DNA of 64,000 bases, from NCBI RefSeq assembly GCF_035084215.1, contig NC_090330.1:110670001-110734000 (forward strand), given 5' to 3'. Under the pieces are notes generated by a model, which was given only the letters and a program-made list of their open reading frames with translations, ran no database searches and was not told the origin of the DNA. This DNA comes from Heptranchias perlo (taxonomy: Eukaryota). Shown piece by piece: positions 47,001-55,179 of the stretch (position 1 is the first letter of the stretch; each line of letters begins with the position of its first letter). Made by a program: the position numbers and the translations under genes.

Positions 47001-50000
47001 AAGATTGGAGAGGCTGGGGTTGTTTTCTTTGGAACAGAGGAGGCTGAGGGGTGATTTAATTGAGATGTCAAAATTGTGAGGGGCCTAGATAGAGTGGATA
47101 GGGAGGACCTATTTCCCTTAGCAGAGAGGTCAATAACCAGGGGGCATAGATTTAAAGTAATTGGTAGAAGGATTAGAGGGGAGTTGAGGAGAAATTATTT
47201 CACCCAGAGGGTGGTGGAGGTCTGGAACTCACTGCCTGAAAGGGTGGGAGAGGCAGAAACCCTCAACTCATTTAAAAAGTACTTGGACATGCACTTGAAG
47301 TGCCGTGACCTACAAGGTCATGGACCAAGTGCTGGAAAGTGGGATTAGACTGGATAGCTCTTTTTCTTTATGGCACAGACACGATGGGCCGAATGGCCTC
47401 CTTCTGTGCCATAAATTTCTATGATTCTAGGATTCTGTGATACCAAATTGTGAGGAGCATTCACGAGGAATGCCCCACTATTATGCACTTAATATCCATC
47501 TTCTTTCTCATTTAGTTTCCCTTCAGGAAGGTTATTCCACAAGGATACCTGAGGAACATTGGAACAGGAGGAGGGCCAATGAGCCCCTCGAGCCTGTTCC
47601 AACATTCAGTTAGATCAAGACTCACTTGTACCTCAACTCCATCTGCCCGCCTTTGCTCCACATCCTTTGAAACCTTACCTAACAAAAATCTGTCAACCTC
47701 AGCCTTGAAATTCGCCTGGACTGGTGCCGGGCCAGCTGGCAGCCTCGTGGGGAGACCTGGTACATTTTGAGACCTGGTGGCTTCAGCCGGAAACACAAGC
47801 TCAGGTCTCAATATCTACCGGTTTCTGGGCTGGAGGGAATGATTTGTTAGAAGCGTTTAAAATTAGGGACAGGGTAGATTGAAACGGACTCCAGTGGCTG
47901 AGGGGGTCTAGAATTGAGGGACGTAGATGTAAGATAAATGTAAGAGACTTAGGACAGAGTGCTGGAGAATTACTTTATTTACACAGAGGGTTTTAAGGCT
48001 GTGGAATTCAGGACTGGAGTTAGTGATTGAAGCAGAGACCACGTCAACATTTAAGAATAGGTGAGTTAAATGATTGAAGGAGGAGGGATTAGGTACTGTT
48101 CGCATGGAGGAGAAACACTGACACTGACTGTTTGGGCCAAAGAGCCTAAATTCCAAGTTGCATGTAATTCAATGTTGGAAAATAAAGCAAGCTAAGAACA
48201 ATATTGTGGGAGGAATATTTCTGAAAGCTACTTATCTGTACCTGGCTGTCCTGGGACTCCGGAGAAGCCTTGTTCACCTGTGAGTCCAGTGCTACCTTTC
48301 CGCCCCGGAAGTCCTGGGTTACCTGTTGAATGATCAAATCAAATTTATTCAGTACCTCTCTTCATTCAGAGGATGGAATCGATTGGTTTTAGGATCAGGG
48401 ATATTCTCGTGACCTACCTGGGATTCCCGGCGCACCTGTGCTCCCTTTGGATCCCGTTGCCCCCAGCGTTCCTGACAGACCCGGCAAACCTGGGTCACCC
48501 TTCAGTCCAGGGTCACCTGGGAAACCCGGGAGGCCTGTATCTCCCTAAATAATAACACACAACATAATCTGATCAGCGCACACCCATCGAGAGGTACCTT
48601 GCACTGTCTCGTACAAGCAGCATCATTTATCTAAACTTTCTGACTCACTCATCGTAATCGTGGAATGTGAGACTTCAGTTATGTGGAGAGACTGGAGAAT
48701 TGGCAAAAGAACCAGAGGGGGAGATGAGGAGAATTTTTTTTTTAACGCAGCGAGTTGTTCTGATCTGGAATGCGCTGCCTGAAAGGGCGGTGGAAGCAGA
48801 TTCAATAATAACTTTCAAAAGGGAATTAGATAAATACTTGAAAGGGAAAAATGTGCAGGGCTATGGGGAAAAGGCAGCGAGTGGGACTAATTGGACAGCT
48901 CTTTCAAAGAGCTGGCACAGGCATGATGGGCCGAATGGCCTCCTTCTGTATCATTCACTGATTCCACGACCTCAACTCCGGACTTAATGGGATCAACTTT
49001 GACTTATGGGTGATCGATCGGGCGTTGGTCGGCCTCCTGTTCCAGCAGCCAAGAGCCCCTTCCCGGCCCCCCATGATTTTGAGGCCCCGGCCTTATTTCT
49101 ATTGGCCAGGCGAGCTGCGGGGAGCCAGGAGAGGGGGTCGCGATCGAGAAGTGTGGGGGTCTGGGCCAGCAACAGCTCAGGTTATTTTTGTGGGTTCACT
49201 CCTGCTCCTCCGGGGCCCCACAAGATTAATTCGACACTCGTCTGTCAGGGAGTCCCAACACCTCCAGCTGATTATTTGGACAATCCTTTCAGGTCTAAAC
49301 TCACCTTTTGACCGGACTCACCAGGAACTCCAAATCCTGGTGTGCCAGGGTACCCCTTTTCACCTTTGCTGCCGGTCGTTCCAGGAAGTCCTGGGATGCC
49401 CGTCTGTCCTGAGTGACCAGGAGGACCGCGGGGTCCTGAGATACCTGTAAAGGTAACGGCAACTTGGTGAGCGTCTCATCACAAGATCAACAGTTCACCC
49501 CACTCAGTCTAAATGTTAAACACTGTCGGAGGGTCAGTACTGAGGGAGCGCTGGACTGTCGGAGGGGCAGTACTGAGGGAGCGCTGCACTGTCGGAGGGT
49601 CAGTACTGAGGGAGCGCTGCACTGTCGGAGGGTCAGTACTGAGGGAGCGCTGCACTGTCGGAGGGTCAGTACTGAGGGAGCGCTGGACTGTCGGAGGGTC
49701 AGTACTGAGGGAGCGCTGGACTGTCGGAGGGTCAGTACTGAGGGAGGGCTGGACTGTCGGAGGGTCAGTACTGAGGGAGCGCTGCACTGTCGGAGGGTCA
49801 GTACTGAGGGAGCGCTGGACTGTCGGAGGGTCAGTACTGAGGGAGCGCTGCACTGTCGGAGGGTCAGTACTGAGGGAGCGCTGCACTGTCGGAGGGTCAG
49901 TACTGAGGGAGCGCTGCACTGTCGGAGGGTCAGTACTGAGGGAGTGCTGCACTGTCGGAGGGTCAGTACTGAGGGAGTGCTGCACTGTCGGAGGGTCAGT

Positions 50001-53000
50001 ACTGAGGGAGCGCTGGACTGTCGGAGGGTCAGTACTGAGGGAGCGCTGGACTGTCGGAGGGTCAGTACTGAGGGAGCGCTGCACTGTCGGAGGGTCAGTA
50101 CTGAGGGAGCGCTGCACTGTCGGAGGGTCAGTACTGAGGGAGCGCTGCACTGTCGGAGGGTCAGTACTGAGGGAGCACTGCACTGTCGGAGGGTCAGTAC
50201 TGAGAGAGCGCTGCACTGTCGGAGGGTCAGTACTGAGGGAGTGCTGCACTGTCGGAGGGTCAGTACTGAGGGAGCGCTGCACTGTCGGAGGGTCAGTACT
50301 GAGGGAGCGCTGCACTGTGGGAGGTTCAATGCTGAGGGAGCGCTGCAATGTTGGATGAGCTGTCTTTTGGATGAGACATTAAACTGAGGCCCCATTTGCC
50401 CTCTCAGGTGGATGTAAAAGATCCCTCAGCCACTATTTCGAGGAATAGCAGAGGAGTTCTCCCTAGCGTCCCGGCCAATATTTATCCCTCATCTGGCCAT
50501 TATCACATTGCTGTTTGTGGGAGAGTTCTGTGCACAAATCGGCTGCTGCGTTTCCCACTTTACAAAAGTACTTCATTGGCTGCAAAGCACTTTGGGACAT
50601 AGAATCATAGAATCATAGAATCATAGAAGTTACAACATGGAAACAGGCCCTTCGGCCCAACATGTCCATGTCGCCCAGTTTATACCACTAAGCTAGTCCC
50701 AATTGCCTGCACTTGGCCCATATCCCTCGATACCCATCTTCCCCATGTAACTGTCCAAATGCTTTTTAAAAGACAAAATTGTACCCGCCTCTACTACTGC
50801 CTCTGGCAGCTCGTTCCAGACACTCACCACCCTTTGAGTGAAAAAATTGCCCCTCTGGATCCTTTTGTATCTCTCCCCTCTCACCTTAAATCTGTGCCCC
50901 CTCGTTATAGACTCCCCTACCTTTGGGAAAAGATTTTGACTATCGACCTTATCTATGCCCCTGAGGTTGTGAAAGAGGCTCTGGAAATGCAAGTTTTTTC
51001 TTTCTTTGTGCTGGGACAGAACAGAATAGATGGACAGATTTACAGATACAAAATCGCTAGAAAGTGAAGACACGCAATTCACTCACTCTCCAGAGTTTTC
51101 ATTGTGCGAGATTACCTGGCAGGCCCATTTCTCCGAAAGCTCCTTTATCTCCCGGGATACCCGTGGAACCTGGTTTTCCCGGTTTTCCCGGGTCACCCGC
51201 TGGTCCTATAGGATGCAAGAGTGACATTTCTATTAGTTTTATTGCTCTATTATTTTCCCCAATTTCACTGCCACGTTGGCCCTCTGCTCAAGGTGCTGAC
51301 TCCCGTCTGGGCCACGGTTACACGGTTACCCTCCAGCACTTCACTCCTGTCACTATTGTTCAGGTGTAGGCCTCGGCGATGAGTGTGGGCAGGCTATTCC
51401 ACTATGGGAGGGGGAGGGAGGTCATCAAAGCCAAGTTTGACCCAGACTTGGTCTCCATCCAAACACATGTATTTTCACCAGGGGAGGTTGGAAAGTGACC
51501 AGGAGCAGCAAACCTGGCCAATCTCCCTCTCCCTAACTGAGGACGATTGAAGGGTCTCTCCCACCGCCCTGAGCGAGGTCAGGGGTCCAAGTGAGGACCT
51601 TTCTGACCTGAGCAGTTCATCCTCTCACCAGGACAGTTTGCTGGGCCGTCAACATTTAAAGGCTGATCCCAGTGACTGGGCACTTCTGGCGAGGGCCAAA
51701 GGCTTGGGAAATCGGGGGGTCAGCAATCCCCTGCATTTCCTGCCCGTTTTGCTTAATGTCGGAGAATCAGGTGCCACGGAACAGCGATCATATGACAGGA
51801 GGGTCTACCTCAGAGCATTCCTTACTAACCCTACGCAATGGGACACAGATAAGCAAAACGCTGAAACCAGCAGCTGGCTCAACGACCTTAAACCAATACT
51901 TGAAATAACTCTTTACGACGAACAAAGGCTGAAGAAAAACAGCGGTCAGCTAAAATGTGACTAGTTTTGATTAATATTAATAAGCAAGAATTGAAACCAA
52001 GTTAATCAACAAGAGCCTTGTCAACAAGAATGCTCTCAGCCAAGATGAAGTAATCGGAAAAAATGGTATAAATTCTGAGAGCTCAGCTCAAGTTTTTTAG
52101 ATTTGCTTCGAAGGGCTGAAGCGGCTCTCGACTGTCAGAGTACGGTGACTCTATAGTCCTCAACTACTCGGGGATTTAAGGTAAAAGCTACCTTGATAAT
52201 TGATGGATATCCTGTCTAAATACTTTTAAGAATTATAATTTTTACCTTTTTAAGAACCTGTTAATGTTGCGATTGCCGGTCTCGCCAGCTGTAGGTTGCA
52301 AATTGTTTCATCAATAAACCTCTGTATAGTTTTTAGACTGTCTCGCATGCTCTTCTGTATCACCAACTCGTGAACCCCATCTCCGTACACTCTTTTGGTG
52401 AGGAGAGACCCCCGGACCCTCACAGTATCCGGGATATTACAATCTGTCTGGAACTTGCTAAAAGCGCTATCTGGAGAACGGTAATATTCTCAGGTGGTAC
52501 CTTTCCCTGGGGAGAGATAGACCAGACCTCAGACCCAGTCAGTTTCTTTAGGATTTGGCTACTTCGACCTTAGGTCGAGAGTGAATGCCTGAGAAGTGCT
52601 CCTGATCTGGGATAGTCCCAAAGGGGCTAGGATTGTAAAATCACCACAAGAGAAGGGGGAATGAGAATTGAATCGTGTTTTTTCAACAATTATTCCAGCA
52701 CGTGTTTACAGAGTATATTTCAGGCACAGTCTGTTTGGAGCTCTGTTTTGCTCCTTACCTGCTTGTCCCGGTAATCCAGGCTCGCCATCTTTTCCTGGCA
52801 TCCCTGGATCACCAGAAACACCTTGATACCCCTTTGTTCCTGGCAAGCCGGACTTTCCTGGGGAGAAATGTTCAAACATTGAGAAGACTGTACCAGAAGG
52901 AGGTGCATTTAGTTACTGTGTGCACCTGATTATCTGCTGCCAATGATCCCACCACAGGCAGTAATAGTAAAACTGACAGCATCGAGGCTATGGGGGAAAG

Positions 53001-54589
53001 TGCAGAGGGAGTGGGACTAATTGGACAGCTCTTTCAAAGAGCCAGCACAGACACGATGGACCGAATGGCCTCCTTCTGTGCTGTAAGAGTCGGTGATTCT
53101 AACTGTTGCGTATAAACTACAACACCCCATAAAGAGGCTGGTGTTTACCCTCCAGGCGAGCATTAACCCTAATCTCATGTACCCGCCCAGTCCCCAAACA
53201 CGAGGGTTGGACCTATTCCAGCAGGTTTCATCACATGACCTCCCAACTCCAACTGCCTCACCTGGTCAAACAGCTCAAAAATATTTATAACAAACAAAAG
53301 TGTTCAAAGAAAATGAAAAAACACTTTTTTTAATGCCCCTATGATTTTTCTCCTGGGATTGTTTGGGAGATTAATTGTGCGGTCGTGAAAGACACTATAT
53401 AAATGCAAGTCTTTCTTTACCTCCAAATAAGAAACCAGTTATTAGCAGGTTGGCGTCAGTTCATTGTGGTAGAATCATAGAATGCACATAAAGTGTGCTG
53501 AATTAATTCTTTTGTATTTTGATGTTCCTGCCTTCCTGCCTCCCCTCCTCACTCTCCACCCTGGGCACTGGACAGATACACCTTGCCTGAAGCACACTGC
53601 AGCTTCCAGGACCAACAGCACCCGCATTTATCAGGGTCTAGTGCCAGCAAATGGGGGAGGAATGACTACTACATCTGCAGGCCCAGATCACGGCCTTGGG
53701 GCCTTCTGGTTGCTGTTGGCCTGAAGAGTGCGAGGGGCAACAGAAAACCAAGCTTACCTGGTCCCTTTGGGGTTCTCTCTGGCTTGTCGCTGGGCCCCCC
53801 CTCAGACTCCCCAGTCTGAAGTGGCTCCCGCTGCAAACCAAACCCCCAAACCTCTTGGGGTGCCCCATATCTGGGGTTCCCTATTTTAGCTCTTATTGAT
53901 TTCAATGGGAAAGGCAATTGGGCGGAGTGTAAAACGGGCTGATTCACCAGCACCTGTTTTGTGCTACTGTCAAAGATCAATGTTACCCCCAAATGTTTAC
54001 ACAGGTAGTTTCAATATTAAATGTTAATATCAGAACAGGACCAAAAATTGTGAATCATGAGAACAGAAAGTAGACAGAATGTGTGCATATACGTAAGATT
54101 TAACATTTATTTTAAAAATTCACGCTGCACACACACACGTACACACATGCATACTCACACGCATACACACACACACATGCATACTCACATGCATACACAT
54201 ACACACACATGCATATTCACACGCATACACGTATACAGACACACACGCATACTCACGCACATACACGTATACACACATGCATATTCACACGCATACACGT
54301 ATACAGACACACACGCATACTCACGCACATACACGTATACAGACACACACGCATACTCACGCACATACACGTATACACGGACACACTATACAATGCTGTT
54401 GTGCTTTCAAGGAAAGTAAAAGATGAATTCTTGTACCCGGATCTCCAGTTTCTCCTTTCTGGCCTTTCATTTTCTCCATAGCATTTTTGTCCATCTCTCC
54501 CGGTTTTCCCTGAAGACCGGATTCCCCTTTGTCGCCTTTGTTGCCTTCACTTCCAAAGGGTCCTGTCAAACCCGGCAGACCATGGTCAC
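21476..54589 (-). CDS. COL4A5: Collagen type IV alpha-5-like gene, 3' 19 coding exons (gene continues beyond the window)
   Basis: Exon sizes 153,99,90,140,127,81,99,51,186,134,73,72,129,99,213,178,115,173,82 match the alpha1/alpha5 series (recalled). NC1 residues [38 protein letters not shown] and [16 protein letters not shown] favour alpha5. Confidence 0.88.
21630..21915 (+). mobile_element. Deu-SINE, internally deleted
   Basis: Degenerate tRNA head plus the conserved 3' half and tail. Confidence 0.8.
21973..23148. repeat. 34-bp minisatellite (~34 units) overlapping the donor of the penultimate COL4A5 exon
   Basis: (gaccaggggttactggtctgaccgtcactaacct)n; on - each unit reads ...tcag|gttagtga. 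Confidence 0.95.
23146..23318 (-). CDS. COL4A5: COL4A5 NC1 exon (173 bp)
   Basis: [58 protein letters not shown]; gcag| and |gttagt. Confidence 0.97.
23657..24415 (+). mobile_element. Near full-length Deu-SINE with internal 33-bp minisatellite (~10 units, gtaccgagg variant)
   Basis: Head gtcagccgtggctcagtgg...gttcaagtccc, array 23765-24095, Deu core, tail gctatataaatgcaag. Confidence 0.9.
25022..25320 (-). mobile_element. CR1 3' fragment
   Basis: ORF 25132..25383 ([12 protein letters not shown]) and CR1 3'UTR. Confidence 0.8.
25463..25577 (-). CDS. COL4A5: COL4A5 NC1 exon (115 bp)
   Basis: [38 protein letters not shown]; gcag| and |gtaagt. Confidence 0.97.
25630..26172 (+). mobile_element. 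L2 LINE 3' fragment
   Basis: [17 protein letters not shown]...[17 protein letters not shown]; tail ggcgctatataaatgca...gttgctgttgttg. Confidence 0.9.
26676..27160 (-). mobile_element. CR1 3' fragment
   Basis: TRGHKYK...[16 protein letters not shown] and 3'UTR. Confidence 0.85.
27339..27516 (-). CDS. COL4A5: COL4A5 NC1 exon (178 bp)
   Basis: [60 protein letters not shown]; ccag| and |gtgag. Confidence 0.97.
27786..28657. mobile_element. GC-rich non-autonomous DNA transposon (MITE-like) with TIRs
   Basis: ggctgggaatttcctcc at the left end and ggaggaaattcccggcc at the right end are inverted repeats; CpG-rich interior with no credible ORF. Confidence 0.6.
28722..28934 (-). CDS. COL4A5: COL4A5 triple-helix/NC1 junction exon (213 bp)
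   Basis: [72 protein letters not shown]; ttaag| and |gtgagt. Not present in the ORF track. Confidence 0.97.
29027..29497 (-). mobile_element. L2 LINE 3' fragment
   Basis: [24 protein letters not shown]...WNSLP. Confidence 0.9.
30505..30985. repeat. Degenerate ~11-bp AAC-rich tandem repeat
   Basis: Units such as cattaacaaga and tattaacaaac. Confidence 0.8.
31010..31268 (-). mobile_element. CR1 3' fragment
   Basis: Close match to the 1-365 element. Confidence 0.85.
31582..31680 (-). CDS. COL4A5: COL4A5 Gly-X-Y exon (99 bp)
   Basis: [33 protein letters not shown]; ccag| and |gtaag. Confidence 0.95.
32143..32271 (-). CDS. COL4A5: COL4A5 Gly-X-Y exon (129 bp)
   Basis: [43 protein letters not shown]; acag| and |gtaag. 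Confidence 0.95.
32412..32483 (-). CDS. COL4A5: COL4A5 Gly-X-Y exon (72 bp)
   Basis: [24 protein letters not shown]; ctag| and |gtaaa. Confidence 0.95.
33790..34020 (+). mobile_element. Deu-SINE 3' half
   Basis: Deu core and ggcgctatataaatgcaa tail. Confidence 0.85.
34195..34267 (-). CDS. COL4A5: COL4A5 Gly-X-Y exon (73 bp)
   Basis: [24 protein letters not shown]; acag| and |gttagt. Confidence 0.93.
34400..35060 (-). mobile_element. CR1 3' fragment
   Basis: [12 protein letters not shown]...RGHNLK...FFTQR. Confidence 0.88.
35199..35976. repeat. 28-bp minisatellite (~28 units)
   Basis: (gagatggttcacccaccaccccaacagt)n. Confidence 0.95.
36005..36545 (-). mobile_element. Non-LTR retrotransposon 3' fragment (CR1/L2 group, distinct family)
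   Basis: [30 protein letters not shown]...WNSLP; A-rich tail at the left end. Confidence 0.8.
36968..37829 (+). mobile_element. Young 5'-truncated CR1 inserted into an older CR1 3'UTR, AACAT target-site duplication
   Basis: Uninterrupted ORF to 37749 and ttctatga tail; aacat at 36963-36967 and 37830-37834; host sequence resumes on both sides. Confidence 0.9.
37931..38064 (-). CDS. COL4A5: COL4A5 Gly-X-Y exon (134 bp)
   Basis: [45 protein letters not shown]; gcag| and |gtaagt. Confidence 0.95.
38915..39270. mobile_element. Rearranged Deu-SINE pieces (+ then -), with a two-unit 33-bp duplication
   Basis: Deu core on + at 38915-39070 and on - at 39080-39270. Confidence 0.8.
39325..39648 (+). 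mobile_element. CR1 3' fragment
   Basis: TRGHRFK...FFTQRVV and 3'UTR with gattctatga tail. Confidence 0.88.
39726..39911 (-). CDS. COL4A5: COL4A5 Gly-X-Y exon (186 bp)
   Basis: [62 protein letters not shown]; acag| and |gtaagt. Confidence 0.96.
40890..41480 (+). mobile_element. LF-SINE-like copy interrupted by an expanded TG microsatellite and an assembly gap
   Basis: ctggtctgtgccgagttagttgatctcagctggg...ctgggttagggagg...gggtgaggacaggat...ctgccaacactcac resembles the LF-SINE consensus (recalled). Confidence 0.65.
41153..41340. other. Assembly gap (188 N)
   Basis: Run of N characters. Confidence 1.
41800..42005 (-). mobile_element. L2 3' end fragment
   Basis: caacaacaacaa...ttgcatttatatagcgcctt is the reverse complement of the L2 tail. 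Confidence 0.85.
42040..42090 (-). CDS. COL4A5: COL4A5 exon (51 bp) with helix interruption
   Basis: [17 protein letters not shown]; ccag| and |gtaag. Confidence 0.92.
42620..43275 (-). mobile_element. CR1 3' fragment with local ~52-bp triplication at its truncated end
   Basis: [10 protein letters not shown]...TRGHKYK; gagaccagaactgt...ccaagtgtggtctaaccaagg repeated three times at 43125-43275. Confidence 0.85.
43455..43980 (+). mobile_element. CR1 3' fragment
   Basis: [14 protein letters not shown]...[12 protein letters not shown]...WNSLP. Confidence 0.9.
45161..45259 (-). CDS. COL4A5: COL4A5 Gly-X-Y exon (99 bp)
   Basis: [33 protein letters not shown]; tcag| and |gtatgt. Confidence 0.95.
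45480..45855 (-). mobile_element. Diverged LF-SINE-like copy
   Basis: tgagtgctggcaggttattcaac...ccaggg...gaggtcagctaactg...ctggtctatatg; related to 51245-51635 and 54715-55095. Confidence 0.55.
45925..47440 (+). mobile_element. CR1 ORF2 3' portion with internal RT deletion
   Basis: DKSPGLD, DWRTANV, NYRPV and [11 protein letters not shown] present; [14 protein letters not shown] is fused directly to VALERVQRR, so the FADD region is missing. Confidence 0.93.
48242..48322 (-). CDS. COL4A5: COL4A5 Gly-X-Y exon (81 bp)
   Basis: [27 protein letters not shown]; acag| and |gtacag. Confidence 0.93.
48418..48544 (-). CDS. COL4A5: COL4A5 Gly-X-Y exon (127 bp)
   Basis: [42 protein letters not shown]; ttag| and |gtagg; only a 95-bp intron to the next exon. 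Confidence 0.95.
48697..48965 (+). mobile_element. CR1 3' fragment
   Basis: EMRRIFF...[12 protein letters not shown] and 3'UTR. Confidence 0.85.
49305..49444 (-). CDS. COL4A5: COL4A5 Gly-X-Y exon (140 bp)
   Basis: [47 protein letters not shown]; acag| and |gtgagt. Confidence 0.95.
49521..51000 (+). mobile_element. Deu-SINE with 33-bp minisatellite (~25 units, 49521-50350), interrupted by a CR1 at ~50598-50960
   Basis: Array, then Deu core; the tail ctgaggttgtgaaag...aaatgcaag resumes after the CR1. Confidence 0.88.
50598..50960 (-). mobile_element. Young CR1 3' end, nearly identical to 37480-37829
   Basis: [33 protein letters not shown]...GPSAGNWD; (ctatgatt)n tail. Confidence 0.92.
51116..51205 (-). 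CDS. COL4A5: COL4A5 Gly-X-Y exon (90 bp)
   Basis: [30 protein letters not shown]; atag| and |gtaat. Confidence 0.95.
51245..51635 (-). mobile_element. Diverged LF-SINE-like copy
   Basis: gatgagtgtgggcaggctattc...accaggagcagcaaacctggcc...tccctaac. Confidence 0.55.
51757..52648 (+). mobile_element. Candidate solo LTR
   Basis: Unique ~890-bp segment bounded by TGT...ACA, with TATAAA (52067), a donor-like AAG|GTAAAA (52181) and AATAAA (52313) in U3-R-U5 order. No target-site duplication found. Confidence 0.4.
52759..52857 (-). CDS. COL4A5: COL4A5 Gly-X-Y exon (99 bp)
   Basis: [33 protein letters not shown]; ccag| and |gtaag. Confidence 0.95.
54125..54385. repeat. Compound CA/TA-rich microsatellite
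   Basis: Units such as acacgcatactcacgcacatacacgtatacag. Confidence 0.9.
54437..54589 (-). CDS. COL4A5: COL4A5 exon (153 bp) with [11 protein letters not shown] interruption
   Basis: [51 protein letters not shown]; tcag| and |gtacaa. Confidence 0.93.
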
Positions 54590-54714
54590 CTGACGAGAGA
54601 AAATGCTTCAACATGTCACAAACTACTGAAGTCAGGAAAGTTCACTCGAGTCCGCCTGCTCGTGTGGTAAAGTTGCATCAAGACGGTTAGAAACAGTCAC
54701 AGAACAATTACATT

Positions 54715-55095
54715 CTTTTGTTTCTCTTCCAAGTTTTGCTTTTACTCCCTTATCCCTGCTCCGCTAGAGGTGGTGACTTAGGTTGTATTATGATTTCATG
54801 CACACCAGCAGTCTTCATGAAGCTGGGGCGATGAATGTGAACAAAGTGTTTCACTAGTGAGCAAAGTGACGGCAGATTCTGTTCACACCACAATCCACAC
54901 TCTCACTTCTGGCCAGACCCTATCCACCGAGACTCAGGAGCGAGACTCCTGCCCGATTTATTTTCTTTAGTCTCTCGTTTAGTGAGACCCACTGAACACC
55001 TCCTATTCTGAGCTGAAACCATCTCACTAAGCCCAGGCCATGGACTAATCCAGGGACCCTGCTGTCTGTATGGTTTTAGTACCACACCACAATGG
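54715..55095 (-). mobile_element. Diverged LF-SINE-like copy
   Basis: Ends ...ccagggaccctgctgtctgtatggttttagtaccacac, the reverse complement of an LF-SINE-type head. Confidence 0.6.
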
Positions 55096-55179
55096 ACAGG
55101 GGCAGAAGAGACCATTTGGCTAATCCCACAATTCAAAATATTTCCATCCAAGCTCACCGAGGGCAGCAGGTGTATGGGA

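Noticed and set aside
49464-50395. ~300-aa repetitive ORFs on both strands (also at 5.5, 13.0, 15.4 and 23.8 kb)
   Set aside because: Tandem-repeat artefacts that are open in several frames.
53690-53880. Extra collagen exon (PKGPGK|gtaag-like sequence on -)
   Set aside because: No sustained Gly-X-Y periodicity, and the flanking 153- and 99-bp exons already join in frame in the expected series.
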